A DNA stretch of 64,000 bases from a virus (IMGVR_UViG_3300049988_000245:160001-224000); one strand, 5' to 3'. Shown: positions 26,607 to 35,539, counted from the stretch's first letter. Numbers and translations are program-made. Notes: generated from the letters alone by a model not told the origin.

Positions 26607-26767
26607 GGGAAACCCGCGCGAGCCGGACCCTACACGTCGCGGTCTGGTCCCTTGGTATGTTCCTGGCCGGTTGGGTCACGCACGATGCATTCGTCGCGGG
26701 AAAGCCGATCGGCCTCGACTTGCTGCTGTCGGGAATCATCTGGCTCGGCATCCTGGGCAACACATGA
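26603..26767 (+). CDS. Small two-TM membrane protein
   Basis: GTGA overlap; two hydrophobic segments. Confidence 0.45.
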   Translation: MRETRASRTLHVAVWSLGMFLAGWVTHDAFVAGKPIGLDLLLSGIIWLGILGNT

Positions 26768-26976
26768 TCTACATCCATCTGCTCCCCACGCGCCTTGCCC
26801 CGCTGGCCAACGATTTCCGCCGGGAAATCTCCGCTCATCATAAGGACATCGATCCATACGATGAATACGAATGGTTCAGCCTCGCCTTCGGATTCGCTCT
26901 CGCAAAAGGGATCAGCCCGGAGGATGCGGACGCGTTCGCGATCTACGCTCGACAGCACGATTTCTTTCTAATATAG
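26764..26976 (+). CDS. Hypothetical protein
   Basis: ATGA overlap with the preceding gene. Confidence 0.55.
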   Translation: MIYIHLLPTRLAPLANDFRREISAHHKDIDPYDEYEWFSLAFGFALAKGISPEDADAFAIYARQHDFFLI

Positions 26977-27031
26977 ACAATTTGTGTTGCATCGCGATAA
27001 CCTCTTGGCATTGCTACAGAGGTTATTTGTG

Positions 27032-27448
27032 ATGAACATTTTTGAGGTTCTGTTTAGTTCGCAGGGCCGTATGGGACGACTTGCGTTCCTTGGTTATTCC
27101 GTACTCAACATTCTGGTGATGATCGCTCTGGCCATCGCCTCAGCCGCGCTCTGGCAGGGCGGCGCAGGACCACACGCGATCCTGGGTATTCTGATCGCGC
27201 TCGCGGCGATCATCGCTATCATGTGGTCGGGAATCGCACTGACGATCAAGCGATTGCACGATATGAACTTCACCGGGCTACATGTGATTTGGATTCTTGG
27301 CCTGGAGTTTGCCTCCAAGGGGATGGGACCGGCGACGGATTCACCAGCCTTGGCGGCACTTCTGAGCGTGATCACGGCGGCGATCGGCGTCGGCATGCTG
27401 GTGGTGCCCGGATCACCCGGCGAGAACGCCTACGGCGCCCCGACCTGA
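27032..27448 (+). CDS. DUF805 membrane protein
   Basis: LFSSQGRMGR..F, L.IKRLHDMN.TG, PGSPGENAYGAP. Confidence 0.9.
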   Translation: MNIFEVLFSSQGRMGRLAFLGYSVLNILVMIALAIASAALWQGGAGPHAILGILIALAAIIAIMWSGIALTIKRLHDMNFTGLHVIWILGLEFASKGMGPATDSPALAALLSVITAAIGVGMLVVPGSPGENAYGAPT

Positions 27449-27453
27449 ACGAG

Positions 27454-27477
27454 AAAACCCGCCTTTCGGCGGGTTTT
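27454..27477. terminator. Bidirectional intrinsic terminator
   Basis: AAAACCCGCC-tttc-GGCGGGTTTT between convergent genes. Confidence 0.9.
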
Positions 27478-27479
27478 TG

Positions 27480-28373
27480 TCATTTGCTGTAACGGTCTCG
27501 GCTCTTGACGTTGTTGATCAACACCTTGGCCTTGATCTGCGGGCGCTCCTTCAGGTGAAGGTCGAGCAGCGCGTCTGGGTCGGCCTTGGCCAAGAATGCC
27601 ATGACTTCGCCCTTGCGCTTGTCCGCAACCGATCCGGGGATGGTCTGGCCGATATTCTTGAAATCGAAACCCGGAAGGATGGCGACCTTCTGCGCGGCAT
27701 GCTTGGTCGTGACCACGTTGTAGCAAACCTGTCCGACCACCTCGGTGAACAGACACGGGGCGGCGACCTTGGGGGCCAGCACGATATGACGGGCGGCGGT
27801 GGAAAGTTCACCGCGTGCGGTGAAGCCGTGGCCCTGATTGCCGCCCTTGGTCATCGAGACCTGTGGGAGAACCTTGGCAAGCTCCTGCGGAGTCGGCGGC
27901 TTGCCCTTGGCGATCTCCGGTGACACCTGCATGAGATTCTTCTTGAACACCGCGACAAGTTTGCCGTGCGTGTAGAAATCGTGGATCGAGCGGAAGAGCA
28001 CGTTCTGCTGCGGCGTGAACACGGGGTGGTCCGACGCGCCTGACCAGATGAACAGGCGACGATTGAATGCGATGTCGTACAGCATGTAGCGGAGCATCAT
28101 CTGGGGGTCATGACCGCCCTCGGTGTACGGATCATCCTCGGTGTATTCGAGGCGAATACCATCACCGACGATTCGGGGAAGTAGGGTCTCTACCGTATGG
28201 GTGATCATGGCGATCCAGTGCTTGTCCGCGCTGGGATCGTGCAGCGGGGCTGCTTCGTATGCCTCGGCGACGGCGACCGCGAACGCGGCGTGCTCGGGGA
28301 GGCTGTGGAGGGCGACGCCTTCTTCAAGAATGGCGGCACCTTCGAGGAGGTTGATTGCATGACGAATATCCAT
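27480..28373 (-). CDS. Putative late/virion protein with FRxxHDxxxH..GE motif domain
   Basis: Starts MDIRHAINLLE; DDPY, HPVF..N.LFRSIHDFYTHG..GHGF..RGE..TEVVGQ..QKV.IL; TAAATA 5 nt upstream. Confidence 0.7.
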   Translation of the reverse strand: MDIRHAINLLEGAAILEEGVALHSLPEHAAFAVAVAEAYEAAPLHDPSADKHWIAMITHTVETLLPRIVGDGIRLEYTEDDPYTEGGHDPQMMLRYMLYDIAFNRRLFIWSGASDHPVFTPQQNVLFRSIHDFYTHGKLVAVFKKNLMQVSPEIAKGKPPTPQELAKVLPQVSMTKGGNQGHGFTARGELSTAARHIVLAPKVAAPCLFTEVVGQVCYNVVTTKHAAQKVAILPGFDFKNIGQTIPGSVADKRKGEVMAFLAKADPDALLDLHLKERPQIKAKVLINNVKSRDRYSK

Positions 28374-28378
28374 GCACC

Positions 28379-28384
28379 TATTTA
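28379..28384 (-). promoter_or_regulatory. TAAATA late-type promoter, leaderless spacing
   Basis: 5 nt to ATG 28373. Confidence 0.55.
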
Positions 28385-28445
28385 GAAAGTGAGAATATTC
28401 CCCGGTAGAGTTATGGTCGGTTATTGTTTAACCGAGACCGTTTTC

Positions 28446-28991
28446 ATGCAAACACTTATTGTGAATCTCTTCGGAGCACCTTGTGCGGGTAAGAGCACGA
28501 TCCGAGCCGACGTTTTTCGGTGCCTGAAGCAGAAGGGAATCAACTGCGAAGAGGTCTACGAGGTCGCCAAGAAGCTCTCATGGACCAAGCGAATGGGTGA
28601 GTTGGCCGTCCAGCCGTACATTTTCGGTAAGCAACTCAGAGATATGGAAATCCTCGACGGTAAGGTCGATGTAATTATTACGGATTCACCCCTTGTTCTG
28701 TGTGAGTTCTACAATCTTCTTTACTGTGGTGATCGATACCCGAAGGCATTCGGCACCCTCGTGATCGAGCAGTTCAAGGCTATGGGCGGGGTGAACTTTT
28801 ACATCAATCGCGTGGGCGAGTACCGCGCCGAAGGCCGGAATCAGACCGAGGCGGAGGCGAACGAGATCGGCGTTAAGCTTAAAAATCTGTTGGACGAAAA
28901 TTCCATTGACTTCGCCGTCCTAGATGGCGATACATTTGCTGGTCCCTACATCGCCGATCTGGTGATCTCCATTTTGTCCAATCGAGGTTAA
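28446..28991 (+). CDS. AAA_28/NadR-like P-loop nucleotide kinase
   Basis: VNLFGAPCAGKST, EVAK, IITDSPL, R..GRNQTE.EA. Confidence 0.85.
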   Translation: MQTLIVNLFGAPCAGKSTIRADVFRCLKQKGINCEEVYEVAKKLSWTKRMGELAVQPYIFGKQLRDMEILDGKVDVIITDSPLVLCEFYNLLYCGDRYPKAFGTLVIEQFKAMGGVNFYINRVGEYRAEGRNQTEAEANEIGVKLKNLLDENSIDFAVLDGDTFAGPYIADLVISILSNRG

Positions 28992-28993
28992 CA

Positions 28994-29662
28994 ATGTTTG
29001 AGTTTCTTGCTGGTGTATTCGCCAGTCCATTCATCTGGGGTCCGGCTCTGATCCTCTTCTTCGCTCTGGAGGCGTATCTGGTCGAGACCGATAACGGCGG
29101 CAAGGCGACGATCGTCTTGATTCTCACGGCGATCTTCCTTCAGGCGTTCACGAACTTCCAGCCGTTTTCGCTGATCGCGCAGAACCCCCTCTGGGCGCTG
29201 ATCCTATTCGTCGGATACGTCCTCACGGGCATGCTGTACACCCGTTACAAGTGGGGCGCCTATGTTGGCCGCCAGCACGAGCGGATCACCGACTATATTG
29301 ACGAGGCCATTCGAAGGGATGTCGGTGCTTACGATGCCACCAATCCTCAGCACCGCGCCAAGATGGCGTCGTATCGAAAGGATGCGATCTCTCTCGCCAT
29401 CGGCTACGGGAAAACCCTGCCGATCCAGATTTCCGATAACAAGGCCCGAATCATGGCCTGGATGTCCTACTGGCCCGCTTCCCTCGCGTACACGCTGTTC
29501 GACGATCCGATCCGCCGTGCGTTTAATTACGCGTATCGGCGCATGTCCGGCGCGCTCCAGCGGGTCTCGGATCGCGCCCACACGGACTTCGAGCGCAAGT
29601 ACGGCGAGCCGAAGCAGCCGGTGGCGGTTCCGACTCCTCCGGGCGTTGATACGTCGATCTGA
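28994..29662 (+). CDS. Membrane protein, hypothetical
   Basis: GAGG RBS; three N-terminal TM segments; W..YWP.S motif. Confidence 0.7.
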   Translation: MFEFLAGVFASPFIWGPALILFFALEAYLVETDNGGKATIVLILTAIFLQAFTNFQPFSLIAQNPLWALILFVGYVLTGMLYTRYKWGAYVGRQHERITDYIDEAIRRDVGAYDATNPQHRAKMASYRKDAISLAIGYGKTLPIQISDNKARIMAWMSYWPASLAYTLFDDPIRRAFNYAYRRMSGALQRVSDRAHTDFERKYGEPKQPVAVPTPPGVDTSI

Positions 29663-29683
29663 ATCCTGAAAGTCATGTTAACT

Positions 29684-29708
29684 ACGGCGGGGTTTACCCC
29701 GCCGTTTT
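29684..29708 (+). terminator. Intrinsic terminator
   Basis: ACGGCGGGG-ttta-CCCCGCCGT followed by TTT. Confidence 0.8.
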
Positions 29709-29711
29709 CGT

Positions 29712-29739
29712 TTGCACTTTTCTAGAATCGGTGTACATT
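29712..29739 (+). promoter_or_regulatory. sigma70-like promoter, 16-nt spacer
   Basis: TTGCAC-N16-TACATT with GGTG immediately before the -10 box. Confidence 0.55.
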
Positions 29740-29757
29740 TGGTCGAGGAGTTTTGCC

Positions 29758-30156
29758 ATGACCACGAAGTGCCATTTGATCTCGCTCACCGGACAGGGTG
29801 ACGTTCACACGATTCTGATCAACGACGTAGCCTGGGAGTATCTAAACAACGCCTATGACGGTCGGCCGATTCCCGACGAACTGATCATCGATTATATTGC
29901 ACGTGAGCGCGCTAATGTTTCCGCATGGGGCGGAGCGCCCGATACGGTTTCCGGAATGACCGCCGCTGCGAATCAGGCTCTCGCCTACAATGACGGTGGC
30001 TCCCCTGAGAACGATATCGCGATGGCCATGGGAGGAAGCGAGTTTGGCGGTGAGCGTTGGAACAACTATGGTGTCCGCGATCTCAAAAAAATGATGGCGT
30101 TCATCGCCAAGCATGATCTCGAACTCGATGGTGAATTCGAAGGTTCAATCTATTGA
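29758..30156 (+). CDS. Hypothetical protein
   Basis: GAGGAG RBS. Confidence 0.65.
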   Translation: MTTKCHLISLTGQGDVHTILINDVAWEYLNNAYDGRPIPDELIIDYIARERANVSAWGGAPDTVSGMTAAANQALAYNDGGSPENDIAMAMGGSEFGGERWNNYGVRDLKKMMAFIAKHDLELDGEFEGSIY

Positions 30157-30198
30157 CTAATTATCACTTAGATGCATATTTGGTCTCAGGAGAAAAAC

Positions 30199-30891
30199 AT
30201 GAACTTCACGGATTTCGCTGAGATTTATAGCCGTCTGCGTATCCGCTCGAACCGTGCGAATGATCTGTTCGTCGATGCGATTGAGTGTTCGGATATTGAA
30301 GAGCACGTCGAGGCGAACGACGACGAGGAGTTCGAGCTTCGGATGGACAAGACCCATGGTATCGCTTGGGTCGAACTTCACAATCCTCGGCGTGGTGTTA
30401 TTCTTCATGCCTCGGCGAACCTCACCGCTCGCACGGTGGACCTGCGCCATCAGAGCGTCGATACGATCGCGATCCTCGACATGTTCGAGAACGAGAACCT
30501 GAACGGTCTGGAGACCATGGCGCGCTACAACGAGAAATTCCCGCGCGAGAACCCCTTGGACGAGCACGAGGAGGAGCGCTCCTACGCGGCGAAGGCCGCC
30601 CGTATGATCGTTGCCGGGATCGGTGACACCCCGGCTATGACCCCGGAGCAGCAGACCCTCGTGGCGAACGAGATCATCGCGATCCTCAAGGACCCGGCTC
30701 CGTTCGGTTTCGCCGCCCGTGTGCAGCGAGTGCTCGCCTGGACGCTCGATCCCGCCACGCAGCCCGAGTGGAGCCTCTACGTGGCCGCCTGGGTGATCCG
30801 AAACGTCAACGACGTCGATTACATCGATGAGGCGCCGCTCCGGGACCTGTTCGATCGCTACCCCGCCCTGACCAGTATGAGCCCAACCTAA
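30199..30891 (+). CDS. Hypothetical protein
   Basis: AGGAG RBS; phage-like codon usage. Confidence 0.7.
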   Translation: MNFTDFAEIYSRLRIRSNRANDLFVDAIECSDIEEHVEANDDEEFELRMDKTHGIAWVELHNPRRGVILHASANLTARTVDLRHQSVDTIAILDMFENENLNGLETMARYNEKFPRENPLDEHEEERSYAAKAARMIVAGIGDTPAMTPEQQTLVANEIIAILKDPAPFGFAARVQRVLAWTLDPATQPEWSLYVAAWVIRNVNDVDYIDEAPLRDLFDRYPALTSMSPT

Positions 30892-31169
30892 TGGGACTGA
30901 CCGCATCCGAATCGTCCAAGCTGATCTGGCTCAGCTTGCTTTCGTTCGTCGTCATGCTTGGTGCGAAATTCGTCGTGCCGTCGAGCAACCAGCCGTTCTT
31001 GATTCTCGGAGCGATCGGCTTCATCGGCCTCATCTATCAGGCGGTACCGTCCGGACGGGGGTCGTTGGACTTCAAGGTCGGTCTGATTGTCGGCTGCAAC
31101 CTCACGCTCCTCGTGTATGAAATTTTCCACCAGATCACACCACTCTTAATCCGGGGGCGCTACCTATGA
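30891..31169 (+). CDS. Three-TM membrane protein
   Basis: TAATG overlap; three hydrophobic segments. Confidence 0.6.
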   Translation: MGLTASESSKLIWLSLLSFVVMLGAKFVVPSSNQPFLILGAIGFIGLIYQAVPSGRGSLDFKVGLIVGCNLTLLVYEIFHQITPLLIRGRYL

Positions 31170-31399
31170 AACACGTTCAGTTTCTCAGGAAGGCCCCTGT
31201 GGGTCAGCCGTTGGCGAAGCTGCATGGCTACGTCGAGCATCGGCTCCCGGACGCTGGCGTGCCCTCGGAGCGCATTCGGCGACTGAAGCAGGCCAAGCCC
31301 GGATTTATCTCAAGGCGTGAGGGGTGGGCTCGGTTCTACCGCTGGCAGGACTGGCATGGACGGCGGCTCAAACAGATGATGCGCTTCAATGGCGCGTAA
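31166..31399 (+). CDS. Basic hypothetical protein
   Basis: ATGA overlap with the preceding gene. Confidence 0.5.
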   Translation: MKHVQFLRKAPVGQPLAKLHGYVEHRLPDAGVPSERIRRLKQAKPGFISRREGWARFYRWQDWHGRRLKQMMRFNGA

Positions 31400-31781
31400 G
31401 CCCTGGGAAAGCCGGTTTCAGAGCCCTGAGTACCGAGAGGCGCGGGCAAAGAATCGACACGACAACTGGTCGGATCGTAAAGAACGCTCACGTGCCTACA
31501 GCTTCCCGCAGTCATACGCGTATGTCGAGCCGATGGAGCACGCCGTACAGATTCCCCTCCGAGAGTTCTTTTCCGATCGAACAGCCACGAGTGAACAGAA
31601 GACCAACATGATCCATCAGATGCTGGCACGCATCAAGAAGATCAATTTCGGTCTGTATCGCTACGACGAAGGCGGGTTGATCGTTAATTTTCAAACCGAA
31701 TTGCAGGCCAGTGCCTTCCGGCTGATGAGCCCACTCCGAACGCAAATGATCCGCAGATGTAAAGTAAATAAGGACGAATGA
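31389..31781 (+). CDS. Hypothetical protein, divergent FKxRW-like member
   Basis: VNFQTELQASAFRLM near the C-terminus. Confidence 0.55.
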   Translation: MARKPWESRFQSPEYREARAKNRHDNWSDRKERSRAYSFPQSYAYVEPMEHAVQIPLREFFSDRTATSEQKTNMIHQMLARIKKINFGLYRYDEGGLIVNFQTELQASAFRLMSPLRTQMIRRCKVNKDE

Positions 31782-32035
31782 GAGAAGAATACCACGAGGC
31801 TGAAGGCAGCTTCTACGCGGAATGCGCGAGGATTCTCGGCACCACGCACCATCACACCCCCTGGTCCGGGCGCGGCCCGAACCGGTGGAATAACCGACAT
31901 GCCGGAAATGGCCGATTCCGATTTGGCACCATCCGGATGTTTTCCCCCAATGCGATTCACGTGAGCCTGTACCATCCCAGGATGGTCAACCGGTTCGTGA
32001 AGTCCCCCGAGGAGGCGTACGCGCTGATCCGCTAG
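31778..32035 (+). CDS. Hypothetical protein
   Basis: AAGGA RBS; RWNNR..GNGRF..FG.IR.F pattern. Confidence 0.6.
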   Translation: MREEYHEAEGSFYAECARILGTTHHHTPWSGRGPNRWNNRHAGNGRFRFGTIRMFSPNAIHVSLYHPRMVNRFVKSPEEAYALIR

Positions 32036-32045
32036 AGAGGCCCCT

Positions 32046-32306
32046 ATGCCTATGACGATCGCCGATCGCGTCCACAACATCGGCAAGAATATCGAGCGGG
32101 CCTATAGTCCAACTTCGTCCGAATTCCACCACATGCGGATAGAAGCGACGAAGCGTGCGGGGCTCTATCATGTCGAGGTCAAGGACTTCCGGGCTGTTAT
32201 CGATTGGCTCAAGGCCAATGGATACCCGGATTACACGTTTTCGATGGACGATTTTTGGTTCGATGATCCCAACTTGGCGCTCGAAATCAAGATGAGGTTC
32301 GGATGA
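32046..32306 (+). CDS. FKxRW-family paralogue
   Basis: Ends FWFDDPNLALEIKMRFG. Confidence 0.75.
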   Translation: MPMTIADRVHNIGKNIERAYSPTSSEFHHMRIEATKRAGLYHVEVKDFRAVIDWLKANGYPDYTFSMDDFWFDDPNLALEIKMRFG

Positions 32307-32572
32307 CACCGAAAGAGATCATTGAGCAGATCAACGTGGAGGTCCGGCGTAATACCGGCAAGACCGCGCTGCATCCAGAGAATCGCGAGACCATTCGGAG
32401 AATGGCGTCTGAGCGTGGGCTCTATAGATTCGAGCCCATCGATACGGAAGATGTCATGGACATCATCGCTTGGATCGAGGTGAACGGAAATCCCCCGTAC
32501 GTGTTCTCGTCCCTCGACTGGTGGTTCGAAGACCCGGAACCGGCCAAACAGCTTCGGATGCTTTTTGGTTGA
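32303..32572 (+). CDS. FKxRW-family paralogue
   Basis: ATGA overlap; ends WWFEDPEPAKQLRMLFG; close to the previous gene in layout. Confidence 0.7.
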   Translation: MTPKEIIEQINVEVRRNTGKTALHPENRETIRRMASERGLYRFEPIDTEDVMDIIAWIEVNGNPPYVFSSLDWWFEDPEPAKQLRMLFG

Positions 32573-32578
32573 TAAATA
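32573..32578 (+). promoter_or_regulatory. TAAATA late-type promoter, leaderless spacing
   Basis: 5 nt to ATG 32584. Confidence 0.55.
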
Positions 32579-32583
32579 AGTGT

Positions 32584-32940
32584 ATGGATATTCGCCAAAT
32601 CATCAATCTCGCAGAGGGCCTAAGCGACCCTGCTTATCAAACAATCGTAGAATTTAAGAACTGGTTCAGAGATTCGCGTCTGGACGATTTCGTAGTGATA
32701 GATATAGATCATCGCGGAACGCATGTAGTCGCCGTGACCGATCTCGATGTCCCATCGGGAAGCGGCGATCATCACGTGGTGACTGATATCCTATATAAGT
32801 TGTGCTTACTTGCGTCCCGGCATAAGACAATGCTGGTGATTGAATCTGATATTGACGCGATCGAAGGTTTCAATATCTCCATGTGGGCTCAAGACCATGG
32901 ATTCGAAATGGCCGGTGGCAAGTTAGTCCGTCAGCCGTAA
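32584..32940 (+). CDS. Putative late/virion protein, degenerate GNAT-like
   Basis: Starts MDIRQIINLAE; ..ILYKLC.LA.RHK..L...W..DHGFE resembles a GNAT C-half. Confidence 0.6.
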   Translation: MDIRQIINLAEGLSDPAYQTIVEFKNWFRDSRLDDFVVIDIDHRGTHVVAVTDLDVPSGSGDHHVVTDILYKLCLLASRHKTMLVIESDIDAIEGFNISMWAQDHGFEMAGGKLVRQP

Positions 32941-32984
32941 ATTAAATTTCGACAAATCATGGCCCGAGATTTTATCTTCGGGTC

Positions 32985-33383
32985 ATGGCAAAGTATATCA
33001 ACGCAACCAACGCGCAGAATAGATTCTCGCTCAACGTAGAGAATCTGGTCTCTAAACTCCACGGAACCTCCGCGCCGGTGGAAGATGCTGTGTATTCGGC
33101 CAAGGTCGATTACGCTGCCCGGACGATCACCTATACGGTCGCCGATATCCAGGGTGGCGTGACCGAAAGATTCTTCGACCATCTTGAGCAAGACCCGATC
33201 CTGACCGTGCGCCTGCGCATGTATCGGCACGGGATGACCGAGGTCGATTACGTCAAGCGGTTCTATGGTGGGCGGATCACCTCACGTTCGGTCAATCTGA
33301 CGTTCGACGAGCCCGGCATGGCCATGCACCGGGTCGTGCTGTCGTTCGAAAGCTCGGAAGTCGAGTCCTTCCTCGGCCAATGA
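32985..33383 (+). CDS. Hypothetical protein, possibly tail-tube-like fold
   Basis: NRF.L..V.S..ITYTVAD..RLRMY..G..KRFYG..L.FD....VVLSFE. Confidence 0.55.
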   Translation: MAKYINATNAQNRFSLNVENLVSKLHGTSAPVEDAVYSAKVDYAARTITYTVADIQGGVTERFFDHLEQDPILTVRLRMYRHGMTEVDYVKRFYGGRITSRSVNLTFDEPGMAMHRVVLSFESSEVESFLGQ

Positions 33384-33685
33384 TCTCCTACATCTACGTG
33401 ATCGCCGCGCGCCGCGAAGGCCCGTGCAAGATCGGCCTCTCGCTCACCCCGGAGAAGCGCCTGCGCAAACTCCAGACCGGGCATCCGGAACGGCTCCACC
33501 TGTTCCACCAGATGGAGGTGGATACGCCCAAGGTGGCCCTGTTGGAGCGGATCATCCACAAGACCGTACGGTATCGCCGCACCCAGGGGGAATGGTTCAA
33601 TCTCTCCGTTGAAGACGCTGTGGGAGAAGTTGAGTTTGCTCTAATCCGTTACGGAGATGAGGTCAACCTCCGCAACTTCCTCTAA
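33380..33685 (+). CDS. T5orf172/GIY-YIG-like domain protein
   Basis: YIYVI..KIGLS..PEKRLRKLQTG.P..LERIIH..R..GEWF. Confidence 0.85.
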   Translation: MISYIYVIAARREGPCKIGLSLTPEKRLRKLQTGHPERLHLFHQMEVDTPKVALLERIIHKTVRYRRTQGEWFNLSVEDAVGEVEFALIRYGDEVNLRNFL

Positions 33686-33688
33686 CAA

Positions 33689-33694
33689 TAAATA
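33689..33694 (+). promoter_or_regulatory. TAAATA late-type promoter
   Basis: Upstream of a GGAG RBS and GTG 33723. Confidence 0.5.
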
Positions 33695-33722
33695 GATTTA
33701 AAGTATTGCTGGAGAATTCTGC

Positions 33723-35456
33723 GTGTCTTTCCTTAATGATATGTTTGGCGGTGCTCGCTCGCCCATGTTGCTCGAAGCGGCCAACTACGCTGACATGTTT
33801 TCCGATGTGGCGCGAGCCCTGAAGCAGCGTTCACCCCTGGTGGACAAGGCGATCGACGAAGCCCGTCACGTTCTGAAGAAGAACGACCGGGTCGTGTGGT
33901 ATCTCAAGCTCTGGAAGGTCGGATTCGTCTGCGCGATGGCGAACAAGCTCCCAACGGGATTCGTCCAGCGTATCGTATCGGATTATGCCCGCCGTGCCGG
34001 GTGGTCGGAGCACGAAGCGAAGACGTTCGGATGGGAGGTGTTCAACGATTCCACCTTGATGGGTCAGTTCCAGCACTACCTGTCCCTGTCTTGCCCGGAG
34101 ATTCAGAACCGAACTTTTCGCCACGAGACGCCAGATCGGATTCTTCACGATTTCGCCAAGGCGGAGAAGGCATGGCAGTCCGAGGTGGACGAGTCGTTCG
34201 AGGATTCGACCGCACATGAGCTTATCCGGTTCCCCAACGGCCTCGCATGGTTCGACCTGAAGCGCCCCACGGATGAGCAGGAAGGCCGCGCCATGGGCCA
34301 CGGAGGCAACTCCCACCGCCACGGCAGCACCGACACGATCCTGTCGCTCCGCCACGTCATCGACCACGGCAACACCCGTCTGCACAAGCCCGTCCTGACG
34401 TTCGTGCTGGACGAGCATGGTCTTCTCGGCGAGATGAAGGGCAAGTTCAACGGCAAGCCCGAGCGCCAGTATCACAATGAGATCGTTGCGCTTTTACAAT
34501 CGCCGATCGTTCACGGTATCAAGGGCGGCGGCTACAAGGCGGAGAACAACTTCCGCGTGGAAGACCTTGATGAGGAGACTCGTGGGGGTCTGATAGATGC
34601 CAAGCCCGAGCTTGGCGGTCTCTATGCGCTCTACCACAAGTACGGAATCCACGATAAGCGGGTTGTCGCCACCCTGGAGGAGCGCCTTCAGGCCGAGAAC
34701 ATCCGCCCGCCGATGATGCGTGTGGATGCACACGGGGACATCACCCTGCAAATCTGGCCCGATCTGGAGAAGTTTGCTGAGCATGCGGATGACGGAATCG
34801 TTGTTGGAATCATCGACATCTTGAACGGTGACCATGACCACTTCGCGGTGATAGACGATCTTGACGATCATGAAGTGATCTCAATTATTTCTGCCCTAAA
34901 TCCCCGCGACTACGCCAAGCTCATGCGAACCCTTCAGGTCCGTGCGGTCGCTGTAACCGATCCGCAATTCCACCGCGCAATGTCCTTGGCTTGCCAGCGT
35001 ATTCGGGCAACCCCATTTTTTGGCATACTGATCGAGGCGGCCAACGAATCCCTTGATGTAACCAAGCATCATCAGGATATTCAGGCTCGTTTGAATGAGT
35101 ACGTAGCCGCTGACTGGTCTTTCGGACACACGCACCAATGGATTGATGTCAAAGACTCAAAAAGCAAGATCGAACTCAAGATTCGAGCGGAAGACCTTGT
35201 CAGCATGGTAACGGCTCCGGATGATGATCATGATGACTACATTCATGCGCTTCATGACATACGTGAGCTTGATTGGGGAACAATTGATTCTCACGTCACT
35301 GCCGAGAATCGTAGAGAGGCTGGACTTTCATCAGAGATTTCATATGATGCAAAGCACAACCTAGAATCGGATACGTTCTTTGCTGAACTTCTTTCTGAAT
35401 CTCTTCTTAACTACGAGCACGCGGGTGCGACTTTTATGAAGAAAGCCGGTCTCTGA
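33723..35456 (+). CDS. Large putative virion protein with PcfJ-like central domain
   Basis: N-terminal ..MLLEA; EGRAMGH(G)GN..ILSLR..KPVLTF..EMKG.FN.KP...YH..I..LL. Confidence 0.65.
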   Translation: MSFLNDMFGGARSPMLLEAANYADMFSDVARALKQRSPLVDKAIDEARHVLKKNDRVVWYLKLWKVGFVCAMANKLPTGFVQRIVSDYARRAGWSEHEAKTFGWEVFNDSTLMGQFQHYLSLSCPEIQNRTFRHETPDRILHDFAKAEKAWQSEVDESFEDSTAHELIRFPNGLAWFDLKRPTDEQEGRAMGHGGNSHRHGSTDTILSLRHVIDHGNTRLHKPVLTFVLDEHGLLGEMKGKFNGKPERQYHNEIVALLQSPIVHGIKGGGYKAENNFRVEDLDEETRGGLIDAKPELGGLYALYHKYGIHDKRVVATLEERLQAENIRPPMMRVDAHGDITLQIWPDLEKFAEHADDGIVVGIIDILNGDHDHFAVIDDLDDHEVISIISALNPRDYAKLMRTLQVRAVAVTDPQFHRAMSLACQRIRATPFFGILIEAANESLDVTKHHQDIQARLNEYVAADWSFGHTHQWIDVKDSKSKIELKIRAEDLVSMVTAPDDDHDDYIHALHDIRELDWGTIDSHVTAENRREAGLSSEISYDAKHNLESDTFFAELLSESLLNYEHAGATFMKKAGL

Positions 35457-35504
35457 TCTGATGGCCCACCAAATGAGCGTTTGACCAAATTGGTTGTACC
35501 AATT

Positions 35505-35512
35505 ATGGTTAA
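35505..35512 (-). promoter_or_regulatory. TTAACCAT, CtrA-like half site
   Basis: Intergenic ATGGTTAA upstream of 35540. Confidence 0.3.
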
Positions 35513-35539
35513 CGCTCTGGGGGGCCAGAAGGACGAATC

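Noticed and set aside
18019-28991. NARP1/NARP2 NAD+ reconstitution pathway
   Set aside because: No PRPP-synthetase-like Adps, Namat or Nampt genes are recognisable here.
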